DNA of 64,000 nt from Methanothermococcus sp. Ax23 (GTDB lineage Archaea; AGJL01; Methanococci; Methanococcales; Methanococcaceae), in assembly GCF_049075655.1 (NCBI RefSeq), contig NZ_CP157522.1, forward strand, positions 224,001 to 288,000, given 5' to 3'. Under the pieces are notes generated by a model. It made no database searches and was not told where the DNA came from. It saw only the letters and a program-made list of their open reading frames with translations. The translations under genes and the position numbers were made by a program. How positions within the stretch are numbered: position 1 is the stretch's first letter; every line of letters begins with the position of its first letter. Shown one piece after another: positions 51,691 through 62,927 of the stretch.

Positions 51691-53608
51691 CTACCACCTT
51701 ACTAAATAAACATATGAGAGGAGGAGTGACATGAGTATAATCACATACCCCATGTAGTAGTTAAAGTTCCCGTCCTTAATGTATCTTAATAATGATAATC
51801 CAGTTGAAACGGGTTTTACGAGTAGTAATTCAAATACTGCCTCAGCCAAGTCTTTACTCTCTGAGTGGTATTTGGCTTCACTTGGGAATATTCCCTTGAC
51901 AGGTTTTTCATGGGTTTTTATAATTACGAATGGTTTGAAGAATTCCACTATCGGGCTGGCGTATGATGATGCAGTATATTGCATTTTTGCAGTCGGAGTA
52001 CTATAACCACAGTCCCATGTGCATCCATCAACAGTCTTATTTCTATAAATTAGAGTCCTCAATATAGCCAATATTGAAACCAGTGCAATCAAAATTAGGT
52101 AAATTTCCGTGAGCTTTGGAAATATTGAGAGTTGTTGGTATGCTACAATTTCTGCAAGATTTGAACCCTGTGCTATTTTTATAATTGGATTTACAAATAA
52201 TGCTGGAAGAATACCTATGATTATACAGATTAAAGCCAATAATATTTGAGGGATTCTCAAATCCATTAAATGGAGGTATTCCAGATATTGCAAGAGAACC
52301 CATGAGAAAAGCCAGGCTTGTTGTAGGCATTCTCTTCATTAAACCTCCCATTTCTTCCAAAGAATGTGTTCCTGTGGATTTTATCACCGCACCTGCGCCC
52401 ATGAATAATAATGATTTAAATATTGCGTGATTCAGGACATGGAGAAGAGCTCCTGCAAATCCCAATAGTGCTATGGTTTCATTGTGATAATATTTTCCAA
52501 TTAATCCAATACCCAGACCTATGAGGATGATACCAATGTTTTCAACACTATGATATGCAAGGAGTCTTTTGAGGTCATGCTGAGCAAGAGCATAAACTAC
52601 ACCCAATATTCCAGATAATATTCCAAGAATTAATATCAGATAACCTATATAGATGCTGTTTGTTCCGAGAAGTATTATAAGATTGATAATTCCGTAAATA
52701 CCCATTTTAATCATAACCCCAGACATTACCGCTGAAACATGACTTGGTGCTACTGGGTGAGCATATGGTAGCCATGAGTGAAATGGAAATACTCCAGCTT
52801 TTGACGCAAATCCCACAAACCCAAGGAGGAATACTGCTATTTTTAAGAAGTCCGGCATGCTGGAAAACTGGTCAAAACTAATAGAACCAGTAGCCATAAA
52901 TGCAAGGGCAAATGCTGAGAAAATAAACATTCCTCCAATATGTGTGTATATTAAGTAGATATAGCCTGATTTTCTAACATCTTCTTTGAATCCGTCAAAC
53001 ATGACCAATAAGAATGATGAAATAGACATTAATTCCCAAAATAATAAGAAAATAATACTGTTGTTTGATATTATAACTCCAACCATTGAAGCTACAAGAA
53101 CTGCAAAGTTTAAATAATGAAACCCTGTTGCTATTTTTCTTTTTTTGTCGTCCATATATCCATAGCTGTAAATTGCAGCCATGATAGAAACCAATAGCAC
53201 GACAGCTGAAAAGAACATTGATATTAGGTCTATTTTAAAGCTCACTGGAATTATACTTCCGAGCATGTATGTGAGCTCATAGGAGTTGTTATGCAGTATA
53301 ACCATTAGTGCATTATATAATCCTAATAAAGAACCTGCTGAGATGGTCAATATCGCTATTATTTTCGATAATTTGAACCATTTTGAAAATAAAACACCCA
53401 ATAAACCGCCCAACATAACGAGGGCCATACTCACAATCATGCCATCATCAAGTAGCAATGGGTTATCGTTGAATCCATTAAATGCATTCATGCTTGATTT
53501 TGCCATTACAGGGGATATAAAAATCAATGTCATGGCTGTTATAATTAATAAATGCATTAATTTGTCCCTTAAATTTAATTTTGATGTTATAGTACCCATT
53601 TTAATCAC
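51691..53608 (-). pseudogene. HyfB-like antiporter subunit split by an internal deletion/frameshift at ~52260
   Basis: N-terminal frame runs to SGIPPFNGF then loses homology; a second frame carries the C-terminal TWDCGY...MQYTASSY. Confidence 0.8.
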
Positions 53609-53865
53609 TTCTTTTAATTTGTATGGTAGTTCAGGTTATAATACATAGTATATAACTGTTTCGAAAGTTAAAAACTGTTTAAAATAATTAAACACAAGTT
53701 AAATTGAAGATAATTGAATATACTGCATTAAAATAAAAAAATAGGCATAAAAAGCAATAAAATGCAAATAATAGACCTATAAAAGTAAAATAAAAGTAAG
53801 ACCACAACGATAATAATAAAACAAAAAAGTAAAAAATAAAATATAAAAATTTATTAAAAAATAAT

Positions 53866-56589
53866 TTATTGAATTATAGCAATTCCATCAACTAATCCAT
53901 CGATATCCACAGTTTCTACAATTTCCCCTTTGCTAAATAATGCCCTTTTAACACTCTTAATATGTTCCTTTGTCAATAAACCAAACTCTGTTTCAAGTCC
54001 CTCATTTAGTATTTTTTCTATGGTTTCTTCATCTGCATCTTTTATGTAATCCATAACTTTTTTGGAGTCTTTTTTAAACTCTGGACCTATTTTTGATTTG
54101 TTTGGAACAACTTCAACAATTTTCTGCTCCAATTCTGGTTTTCCATTTATTACATTCAATTCTTTTATATTCAGAGCTCCCTTTATATCATTAGCTACCT
54201 TCAATATTCCTTCGTATTCATTTTTATCTAAAACATAGATTTCAACATTTTTGAGTTCGGTGTTTAAAGGCATACCTTTGTTGGATTTGTATCTTCTTAT
54301 GGAAGCTACGGTGTTTTTGGCAAGTTCTCCGATGTATTCATTCTCCTCACTTATCATGTTTTCATCAATTTTACACCATGATGTGTGAAGATTATCTACT
54401 TTATATATGTCTCCAACAATATCTGCGAAATGCGGTGCAAATGGAGCCATAAGTTTTAGTGTATTTGTAATTACAGTGTATAATGTATATTGTGCGTTGA
54501 ATTTGCTTATTTTTGCCTTTTCAGTATCTTCTTTATTATACAATCTGTATTTTACCATTTCAATGTAGTTGTCGCAGAACTCATGCCATACGAATTTTTG
54601 AATATCTACTATGGTGTTGAATTTGTAGTTGTTTAGGTCTTCACTTACTTTTTTGATTAATTTGTTTAACTTACTTAATATCCACAAATCCACAGGGTTA
54701 TTTAGATTTACACAGTTGCATGGGTTAGGAACTTCAACTTCTTCGCCACCTACACTTAATTTCACTTTTGAATCATTTATAATATTTTTAATAGTATCAA
54801 TTGTTTCATCATCTAAATTCATCTTTGCAAATCTTGAAGCATTCCAGAACTTTCTTAAAAACCTATATCCATAATCTACTTCCTTCCATGCGAATGGAAC
54901 ATCATTTCCAAGGGTGCTGTTAGCCGCCCACAACCTTAAAGCATCTGAACCGTAGTTTTTTGTTATCTCAAATGGCTCTACAATGTTTCCTCTACTCTTA
55001 CTCATTTTATGTCCGTCTTCACCAAATACCATACCATTTATAACTATTTCATCCCATGGCTTTTTATCCGTTAATGCTATGGATTTTATAATTGTGTAGA
55101 ATGCCCATGTTCTTATAATATCATGCCCCTGTGGTCTGAGCTGAACTGGATAGTGGGATTTGAAAAACTCCTCATCATCCATCCATCCTGCTATCACCAT
55201 AGGGGTAATGGAAGAGTCCATCCAGGTATCCAATACATCTGTTTCAGGAATTAAATTTTTATTTCCGCATTTGCAGGCGTATGGGCATTCTTTTGTTGGG
55301 TCAATTGGAAGGTCTTCCTCCTTAGCTACGATTATTTCCCCACAATCTGGACAATACCATACTGGAATAGGTGTGGCAAATAATCTCTGCCTACTTATGC
55401 ACCAATCCCAATCCATGTCTTCAATCCACTGCAATAATCTTGTTTTCATGTGTTCAGGCATCCATTTAATTTCATTTGTAGCCTGTTCTACTTTTGGCAA
55501 TAGTTTTTTAACATTTACAAACCACTGGTCACCAACAATAATTTCAATAGGTGTTTTACATCTCCAACATACTCCTACATTCTGCTCCAATGGTTCCTGT
55601 TTTATTAAATATCCTTCGTTTTTAAGGTCTTCAATTATTTGCTTTCTTGCATCCTCTGTTTTCATCCCTGCATACTTTCCACAGATTTCAGAGAGCTCAC
55701 CCTTTTCATTAATTGCCTTCTTAATTTCAAGACCATGTCTATTTACCCAGACAACATCCGTCTTATCTCCGAAGGTACATACCATTACGACCCCGGTTCC
55801 AAATTCCTTCTCAACATCGCTATCAGGATATACCTTAACTTCCTGATTAAATAAAGGAACTTTTACAGTTTTTCCAACAACATTCTTATATCTCTCATCT
55901 TCTGGATGCACCACAATACCAACACATGCCGCAAGGAGCTCAGGTCTTGATGTTGCTATTTCCAAGTATTTGTTTTCATCTTCACTGTATGGGAATTTTA
56001 TATAATTCAGTTTGGAAGTTCTTTCTTTATAATCCACTTCTGCAAAGGCAATTGCTGTTTGACATCTTGGACACCAATTTACAGGGTGCTTTCCCCTATA
56101 TATTAAGCCGTTTTCATACATTCTTACAAATGCAGTTTGGGATTTTTTAACATAGTCTGGGTTCATGGTGATGTATTCTTTATCCCAGTCAATAGAAATA
56201 CCAAGAGATTTCACTTGTTCTCTCATTTTTTCTATATTTTCCTCGGTGAGCTCTATACATAGTTTTCTAAATTCATGTCTATCAATATCTGATTTTGTAA
56301 TGCCGTGGATTTCTTCAACCTTAACTTCTGTTGGGAGCCCGTGGCAGTCCCATCCCTGTGGAAACAGCACATCATAGTTGTTCATTCTTTTGAATCTTGC
56401 TATAATATCCATGTATGTCCAATTTAAAGCATGCCCCAAATGCATCCTTCCTGTTGGATATGGTGGTGGCGTATCTATAATATATGGCGGTCTTTTTTCA
56501 TCGTTTTTGAATTTATAAATTTTGCTTTCTTCCCATTTCTTTTGGATTTCTTTTTCCAGTTCAATGGAGTATTCCTTAGGCATTTCCAT
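53866..56589 (-). CDS. valS: Valine--tRNA ligase
   Basis: DTPPPY, HLGH, WCISRQ, DTWMDS, KMSKS. Confidence 0.97.
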   Translation of the reverse strand: MEMPKEYSIELEKEIQKKWEESKIYKFKNDEKRPPYIIDTPPPYPTGRMHLGHALNWTYMDIIARFKRMNNYDVLFPQGWDCHGLPTEVKVEEIHGITKSDIDRHEFRKLCIELTEENIEKMREQVKSLGISIDWDKEYITMNPDYVKKSQTAFVRMYENGLIYRGKHPVNWCPRCQTAIAFAEVDYKERTSKLNYIKFPYSEDENKYLEIATSRPELLAACVGIVVHPEDERYKNVVGKTVKVPLFNQEVKVYPDSDVEKEFGTGVVMVCTFGDKTDVVWVNRHGLEIKKAINEKGELSEICGKYAGMKTEDARKQIIEDLKNEGYLIKQEPLEQNVGVCWRCKTPIEIIVGDQWFVNVKKLLPKVEQATNEIKWMPEHMKTRLLQWIEDMDWDWCISRQRLFATPIPVWYCPDCGEIIVAKEEDLPIDPTKECPYACKCGNKNLIPETDVLDTWMDSSITPMVIAGWMDDEEFFKSHYPVQLRPQGHDIIRTWAFYTIIKSIALTDKKPWDEIVINGMVFGEDGHKMSKSRGNIVEPFEITKNYGSDALRLWAANSTLGNDVPFAWKEVDYGYRFLRKFWNASRFAKMNLDDETIDTIKNIINDSKVKLSVGGEEVEVPNPCNCVNLNNPVDLWILSKLNKLIKKVSEDLNNYKFNTIVDIQKFVWHEFCDNYIEMVKYRLYNKEDTEKAKISKFNAQYTLYTVITNTLKLMAPFAPHFADIVGDIYKVDNLHTSWCKIDENMISEENEYIGELAKNTVASIRRYKSNKGMPLNTELKNVEIYVLDKNEYEGILKVANDIKGALNIKELNVINGKPELEQKIVEVVPNKSKIGPEFKKDSKKVMDYIKDADEETIEKILNEGLETEFGLLTKEHIKSVKRALFSKGEIVETVDIDGLVDGIAIIQ

Positions 56590-56810
56590 GTTTTCCCTCT
56601 TATGATTATGATAGGTTTAGATAATATCTAATAAAAATTTGAATAGAATTCAATTTTTATACCACACAGTTTTTACTTTATACACTCTACATTAAAAATA
56701 TAATAAAAATATAAATTATGTTTTAAAAAGATTATGTTTTATTATATCTCACATTATAAAAATTATGTTATAAATTTTCAACATCGGGTAGTCTCAGATA
56801 GAGCTCAACC

Positions 56811-57915
56811 GAGGTTGTCGAAAAATATTAAAGCATCAATAATATATAATACATATTATGAAAGGGAATTCAAAAAAGAAAAAAGAAAAGAAAAAGACCA
56901 ATACTAAGAGGAAAGAAAAATATTGGAAAGCTTACGATATTAGATATAAAAACTACGACCTAAGAACTACATATACATTAATTTTATCCATTACAAACAT
57001 GCTGAATCGTCCTTCTACTGAAGGACGAAAGGTTGGTAGGACACCAGTCCTACCACATAATGAATATGTGGTAGTTCTAATATTAAAATATATCTACAAA
57101 CTAAGTTTAAGAGATTTGGAAACGCTCTCAAATATTTTACACAACAGACATATCGACCATTCTACATACGGTAAAGCATTCAAGCGAATAGATAACTGGT
57201 GGTTATCTACCTTACTTACTTTTACATATGTAATTATAGACAATCTACTAAACCAGCCCTCCAACAAACTATATATGGCAGATTCCACAGGAGTTTCTAT
57301 AAATAGATTATATGATGAATGTATTCACCGTGGGAAACGGACTAAACGGTTAGTGCATGATAAATTGCATATATTGGCATGTCGCTTACGAAGTAAGCGA
57401 GTAATGAAATTGAAATCTATGATTTCAATTTCATCTGATTACTATCCAGAACAAGGCTATATCCCAATAGTTTCTGCTCGTTGGGGTGGTGCTTATAGTT
57501 CCGATAGTGCCAACCTATTAGAAATGGTTAAACAGATAGATTTTTTAGATAATGAATATCTATTGGCTGATGGAGGATATGATTGTTGTGAATTGTTTGA
57601 GTACTTATTACAACACAATATCACTCCAATAGTTAAAACAAAAGAATTCAAATGGAAGTATCACATTAGAAAAGTTAGAAAAACCATTAAAAGCATGTTT
57701 AATAAGGATTGGTATCGCCTTCGAGGGATAGTAGAATCCATATTTGGAGGGCTGGAGACTAAAAACAGATTAAAATTAGATGATAAGTTAGTAGATAGTA
57801 GATGTAAAAGCACTATCGCAGTAGCGATAGTGCATAACATATTAACACTAATGAGGATATTAGTATTAACATATGATACCAAATAAATTTACTAATTCAA
57901 TTATTCGACAACCTC
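56811..57915 (+). mobile_element. IS5-family-like insertion sequence, 1105 bp
   Basis: TIRs GAGGTTGTCGAA / TTCGACAACCTC; 9-bp TSD AGCTCAACC at 56802-56810 and 57916-57924. Confidence 0.92.
56858..57886 (+). CDS. DDE transposase (IS5/IS4 superfamily)
   Basis: ADSTG, KLH, LADGGYD, YRLRGIVESIFG. Confidence 0.9.
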   Translation: MKGNSKKKKEKKKTNTKRKEKYWKAYDIRYKNYDLRTTYTLILSITNMLNRPSTEGRKVGRTPVLPHNEYVVVLILKYIYKLSLRDLETLSNILHNRHIDHSTYGKAFKRIDNWWLSTLLTFTYVIIDNLLNQPSNKLYMADSTGVSINRLYDECIHRGKRTKRLVHDKLHILACRLRSKRVMKLKSMISISSDYYPEQGYIPIVSARWGGAYSSDSANLLEMVKQIDFLDNEYLLADGGYDCCELFEYLLQHNITPIVKTKEFKWKYHIRKVRKTIKSMFNKDWYRLRGIVESIFGGLETKNRLKLDDKLVDSRCKSTIAVAIVHNILTLMRILVLTYDTK

Positions 57916-57921
57916 AGCTCA

Positions 57922-57939
57922 ACCGAAAAGTATATATAT
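57922..57939 (+). promoter_or_regulatory. BRE-TATA promoter of tRNA-Leu
   Basis: ACCGAAAAG-TATATATA ~35 bp upstream of the tRNA. Confidence 0.75.
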
Positions 57940-57972
57940 GAGTTCTGAGTATGTAATGATGCAAGTAGTTGA

Positions 57973-58060
57973 GCAGGGGTTGCCAAGCCTGGCCAACGGC
58001 GCTGGACTTAAGATCCAGTCCCATAGGGGTTCGGGGGTTCAAATCCCCTCCCCTGCACCA
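57973..58060 (+). tRNA. tRNA-Leu(TAA), CCA encoded; probable integration site
   Basis: GCAGGGG/CCCCTGC stem, anticodon loop CT-TAA-GA, long variable arm. Confidence 0.96.
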
Positions 58061-58391
58061 TTTTCAAAATTCAACAATATAGCCGATTTACAAGGTTATT
58101 GAGTAATAAAAAATTACTGGATTTAATCCAGTAAGTAAAACGATACAATAACAGAATAAAATTGAGTAAGTATCGTAAATGAATAGGTCATTTATCAAAT
58201 ATCCTCAAAAAAATTAATTGGATAGTGTGAGCTTTGCTTTTTTGGTGTTAATGATTATATTTATTTATTTTGATGGTTTAATGTATTCGGTTATTGTCGT
58301 ATTGTTTTTAGTCAATTGTAGTATTTTTTATATATCTACATTGTTTTATTTAATTGTATTAATGTATGTTAAAAAAAGAATGTTTATTTTT

Positions 58392-61300
58392 TTACTCGCT
58401 TATGAGGAACCCTCTCCGAGGTTCCAGCAGTTCTCCAATATTTTTCAGTTTTTCAATAGTTTTTTCATATACTTCCTCTGGATACTTCAACACTTCTATA
58501 ATGTATTCCCAGAGTTCTGTTTCATTAATTCCATTTCTTGCTTTTTCAATAATCTCTTCCTCTATTGTCTTATTTTCTTCCTTGAATATTTTTATGAATC
58601 TTTCCAATAATTCATCCCTATCTATTATCTTTATTGTAGCATTCTCTCGTTTTTTCTTTAATTCTTTTGAAATGTAATTGTATATTGCAGAGAGTATATT
58701 CTTTATTTCTTCAAATTTTAATTTTATTCCACATTCTTTTTGGATTTCCATTATAATTTCTTTAATGGTTATTGTTTTATTTTTTAATCCATTTCCAAGT
58801 CCATATATTTTTTCCAACACTTTTGTCTCAAACATTTTTAAATATCCTTTTTCCATCTTACTGAGGTTCTCTTTTGCACATTTAACTATATTGTATGCTA
58901 TTTTTATTCTTTTAGTGATTGCACCCCACTTTGCTGGACTGAGCTCTGCTATCTTCATGGCAATATCTTTTTGAGTTCTGGCATCATCTCCAAGGATAAC
59001 TTCAGTAATCTTTGGGAACTCTTCATGCAGTTTGATATATTCAACGACTCTTCTTGCCATTTTTATATGCTTCACAATTAGGTATTTTTCATACTCACTG
59101 AACCTATCGTAGTTATTGTATTTTAACGCATTATTTACATCCTTAAACCTTTCATCAATAATATCTACTAACTTATTTACTTCTATCTTGTTTATCTCAG
59201 ATAGTTCCTTTCTTATTTCCAATACTTCTCCAATTTCTTCATCCATTATTTTTTCTATGGTTTTTATCTCCCACCCATGCCCTGTTGTCTCATCCAAATA
59301 TTTTTTCAATAATTCAGAGTTTGAAACAATTATTCTTTCTAATTTTCGATTTGTAAGATATGCTATTTTAGCCTCATCAACTTTATACCCTCCATCTTCT
59401 CTTTTCAAAATCTGCAACTGTTCTATTAGTTTTGTAGGTTTGAGTTCTTTTTCAATATCCAATATTTCTTTATTGTATTCTGAAACTAAATACTCTTTAA
59501 ATAATGAAAAGTCATCATTTGCCATACTTAGCATCTTTTCATATCTCAACATCTGTGATGCCTTCCCCTGTTCTGTATATATTATACAAGTGTCTCCCCC
59601 ATTTCTAACTCTTGCAAGGAACTGCCTGATAATTGTGGCTGATGAAGTTTTAAGGACTGCAACAACATCTACTTTATCCTTTATATTTAGTTGAATTGTT
59701 TCGTTTTCCCCTTCCCCATTTTTAATATTTATCCCTTCTGCAATTATTCTTGTTGCTAAAATTAAACCGTCTGGAACTCTTTCACTGTTTATTATCATCT
59801 GTGCCGCTTTATCTGTTCCAACAGTCTCCTTTGTAATTTTATAAATTTCTGAATTGAAGTTGTATAATTTAAGAATTTCTTCAATAGTATCTATATCCTT
59901 TTTTGAATCTACCAATACTATACCTTTTTTACTACCTTTGTTAAATTTCATTGTGATATATTTACAAAAATCTATAATGTTGTGGAGTCTTCCTTCTGAT
60001 TCAATTATGAAAGTATTTTTAAAGTATTCTTTTTTATCTTTAAATACTGCTTTGACAACCCTTTTGTTTTGTAGGTTTATGAGCTCAGGTGTTGCAGTTA
60101 ATAATATTGAAGCATATACTTTATTCAAATACTGTTCAATATTATTTATTTCCTTTTTCCTGAACTCTTTTTGTAAGATTAAATTGTGAGCCTCATCTAC
60201 TATCAATATAATGTCTTTATCTTCTTTTAGTTGTATTTCTTCTTTTCTCTCACCTATATCGATTACATCATACTTTATATCATACATTATCCTATCCAAT
60301 TGGTTATATGTTCCTATTACTAACCTTATTTCTTTTGCATTGTGAATTCTTGTAGTGCTACCTTCATAATATGCCGCCACTTTTGTTCCTTGGGATGCTA
60401 ATGTATTGTATGTCTGCATCACTTGTGATTTATAAGGGAATAGTAAGACAGTAATTTTCCCATTATTTTCTTCGTAGATTTTTCCTATGTTATTTGTTAT
60501 TGTGTATGTTTTCCCCCTTCCAGTTTCTGCCTGTAATATCACTGGTTTATTTTCTTTTGCAGAGTTGTCTATTGCTGTTTGTAGAACCTCGTATTTCAAA
60601 TACTTTTCACATTCAACTATTACTGCATTTTTATTCTTATCCAGTAATTCTTTTAAATATTCCTCCGCCTCAACATAATCATCCACTTTTGATGAAATTC
60701 CCTTCTTTTCAATAAATTCTAATATTTTATCTTTATATGCTCCCCATAGATATGCAATAACATTTGTTCTCAAATTATTGTTATGCCAATCTACTGCTAT
60801 GGCATTATATCCTTTATTTGGATATATGGTGCAATCTGGGTTATTTCCATCATTATAGTATATTGAATAGATGCTGATGTATTTACCATTTGATTTATAT
60901 CCCACTCTTAAATAGTCAAATAATTCTATAATCCACTTACTATCTTTGTATATTTCAGTTAATTTTGCCTGTATGAATTTCGTAAATTTGTATTCTTTTT
61001 TTGTTAATTCTTTAAAATCTTTAATTTTTATGTTTGATTTTTTGAGTTTATTGATTAGTTCAAATGATTCCGTTGTTTCACTTGCTTCTTTTACCATTTC
61101 TTTATATTCTTCATTATTTATTCCGAATTTGTAGAAAAATACTTCTGGAGCTATTGGTGCTAGATTTTTTCTTACATATAATATTTTACAGTCTCTCCCT
61201 CCCTCATATTTTTCTTTTCTGTTTTTTGTTCCAGGAAGTCTATCTACTCTTGCAATATCGTACATTGCAGTGTCTGCATCATGTCCAATTTGTTCTGCAA

Positions 61301-61952
61301 TTTTGGAAAGTATTGGGAGTTCTAACCTTGATATTGGTCTATCAATGTAATAGATGAACCTCAAACCCCCTCCGGTGAATGCAATAATGTGTGGTGTTGT
61401 GTAATCATCAGGGAGCTCTGAAAGTATTTTGTTTATTTTGTCATTTATCTCATCCATGGTAGGTTCTTTTTCTTTCCACTCCTCAACATCAAAATCAATA
61501 GGTATATAAATCCATGCTGTGGCTGATTTTGAACTCCCATTTTCCGTCTGTCTTGGTGCTATCCCTATTGATACAGTTGTTAATCTTGCTCTTTTACCTA
61601 TCTTTTTTAAAATTTCATTTTCTTTTTCGTAAATTCTGTTTGAAATTGATTCAGCAATGTTTTTTATGTCATCTGGATTAATCTCTGGGATTTCTATATA
61701 TTCAGAATATGCCCAGGAGTTTCTGTTATTTGGTTTTTGGTATTTCTTTTCCAATTCAACCAAATACCTAACTTCAAAATAGTTCATGTGTTTTATTGAT
61801 TTTTTTATATCCTTTTTGAGTTCTGGAATCGTTCCATCAACTACACTCCATACTATTTTATTTCTAAAATTGTAAATTGATGCCAGTAAAATACTTATAT
61901 GTTTAGTTATTTGTTTATTATTTGGCAAATTATATGAAGTGTATTTTTCCAT
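58392..61952 (-). CDS. Replication protein: AEP primase-polymerase domain fused to an SF2 helicase and a C-terminal winged helix
   Basis: IDFD, FTGGGLRF, YDIARVDRLPGTKN; AETGRGKT, VDEAH, TATP, AEGINI, QFLARVR. Confidence 0.8.
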   Translation of the reverse strand: MEKYTSYNLPNNKQITKHISILLASIYNFRNKIVWSVVDGTIPELKKDIKKSIKHMNYFEVRYLVELEKKYQKPNNRNSWAYSEYIEIPEINPDDIKNIAESISNRIYEKENEILKKIGKRARLTTVSIGIAPRQTENGSSKSATAWIYIPIDFDVEEWKEKEPTMDEINDKINKILSELPDDYTTPHIIAFTGGGLRFIYYIDRPISRLELPILSKIAEQIGHDADTAMYDIARVDRLPGTKNRKEKYEGGRDCKILYVRKNLAPIAPEVFFYKFGINNEEYKEMVKEASETTESFELINKLKKSNIKIKDFKELTKKEYKFTKFIQAKLTEIYKDSKWIIELFDYLRVGYKSNGKYISIYSIYYNDGNNPDCTIYPNKGYNAIAVDWHNNNLRTNVIAYLWGAYKDKILEFIEKKGISSKVDDYVEAEEYLKELLDKNKNAVIVECEKYLKYEVLQTAIDNSAKENKPVILQAETGRGKTYTITNNIGKIYEENNGKITVLLFPYKSQVMQTYNTLASQGTKVAAYYEGSTTRIHNAKEIRLVIGTYNQLDRIMYDIKYDVIDIGERKEEIQLKEDKDIILIVDEAHNLILQKEFRKKEINNIEQYLNKVYASILLTATPELINLQNKRVVKAVFKDKKEYFKNTFIIESEGRLHNIIDFCKYITMKFNKGSKKGIVLVDSKKDIDTIEEILKLYNFNSEIYKITKETVGTDKAAQMIINSERVPDGLILATRIIAEGINIKNGEGENETIQLNIKDKVDVVAVLKTSSATIIRQFLARVRNGGDTCIIYTEQGKASQMLRYEKMLSMANDDFSLFKEYLVSEYNKEILDIEKELKPTKLIEQLQILKREDGGYKVDEAKIAYLTNRKLERIIVSNSELLKKYLDETTGHGWEIKTIEKIMDEEIGEVLEIRKELSEINKIEVNKLVDIIDERFKDVNNALKYNNYDRFSEYEKYLIVKHIKMARRVVEYIKLHEEFPKITEVILGDDARTQKDIAMKIAELSPAKWGAITKRIKIAYNIVKCAKENLSKMEKGYLKMFETKVLEKIYGLGNGLKNKTITIKEIIMEIQKECGIKLKFEEIKNILSAIYNYISKELKKKRENATIKIIDRDELLERFIKIFKEENKTIEEEIIEKARNGINETELWEYIIEVLKYPEEVYEKTIEKLKNIGELLEPRRGFLISE

Positions 61953-61964
61953 AATCTCCCCATT

Positions 61965-62927
61965 TTATAAATTTCTTCTAATTGTGTTTAGTAAAATATC
62001 TGTTCGCTCTTTACTATGTGCGTAGAATAATGTTGTTTCTAATGAACTATGTCCCAAGTATTCTTTTACAATTTCAATTGGAACACCATTGTTCAGTAGT
62101 TCAACTGCCCTACCATGTCGTAGGGAATGAACAACTATTCTTTTATTTTTTGGAATCTCTCCCTCTTTCTTTAATTCATTCACGGCTCTTCTGAACATCT
62201 CACTAACCCAACCTCTTCTTACTTTCCCTCCTTTATCGTTCTGGAATATTGGGTCTTTGTCCTCTGTTTTTATGTTATATTTCACATATTCTCTTAATGC
62301 CATTAGTGTGTCCTTAGAACACACTACAAATCTTTCTTCACTAGATTTTGTATTTTTAATTCTGAACCTCCCCTCTTCAAAGTCGCAGTCTTCATAAGTT
62401 AAATTTATAATTTCTGAAATTCTGCATCCTGTGTCCCACAACATTCTGATAATTAAGGCATCTCTCATATTTGTTCTTCCCCTTCTTTGTAGAATCTTTT
62501 TTAATATTTTGTTCAATGTTTTCGAATTTACTGCATCATAGTGCTTTACTTCAAACTTTGTATATCTTCTTCTTTCTCTGCATTCCATTTCAAATTCCTT
62601 GAAATTTTCCAATCTCATAAGTCTATAAAACACTTTTAATAGTTTGAAATACTGACCTACTGAATTTCCCAATTTTCTTTCGTTTTCCAAATATTTGAAG
62701 AATTTACTGAATTCCTGTTTATTTAATTGGTCTGGTTCTTTGTTTATCCTCTCATAGCAGTATGAGAGAAAAACTCTGAGCCTTGATATATCACTTTTTA
62801 TTGTTGTCTCTTTTATTCTGTCAAATTCCCTTTCTTCTCTGAACTTCTCTATCCATTTGTCTTGGTTTGATAGTTCTACCTTTTTTTTATCAGGATTGAT
62901 AAGAATTAGATTTTCAATATCCTTCAT
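61965..62927 (-). CDS. Tyrosine recombinase/integrase
   Basis: TGCRISE, NTKS, HSLRHG, LGH and catalytic Tyr in TTLFY. Confidence 0.93.
   Translation of the reverse strand: MKDIENLILINPDKKKVELSNQDKWIEKFREEREFDRIKETTIKSDISRLRVFLSYCYERINKEPDQLNKQEFSKFFKYLENERKLGNSVGQYFKLLKVFYRLMRLENFKEFEMECRERRRYTKFEVKHYDAVNSKTLNKILKKILQRRGRTNMRDALIIRMLWDTGCRISEIINLTYEDCDFEEGRFRIKNTKSSEERFVVCSKDTLMALREYVKYNIKTEDKDPIFQNDKGGKVRRGWVSEMFRRAVNELKKEGEIPKNKRIVVHSLRHGRAVELLNNGVPIEIVKEYLGHSSLETTLFYAHSKERTDILLNTIRRNL

Noticed and set aside
55160-55846. 228-aa plus-strand ORF and similar antisense ORFs elsewhere
   Set aside because: Shadow ORFs opposite well-supported genes (valS, feoB, replicase, TRAM etc.)
58218-58610. 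130-aa hydrophobic ORF
   Set aside because: Product of T-rich DNA; overlaps the replicase 3' end antisense
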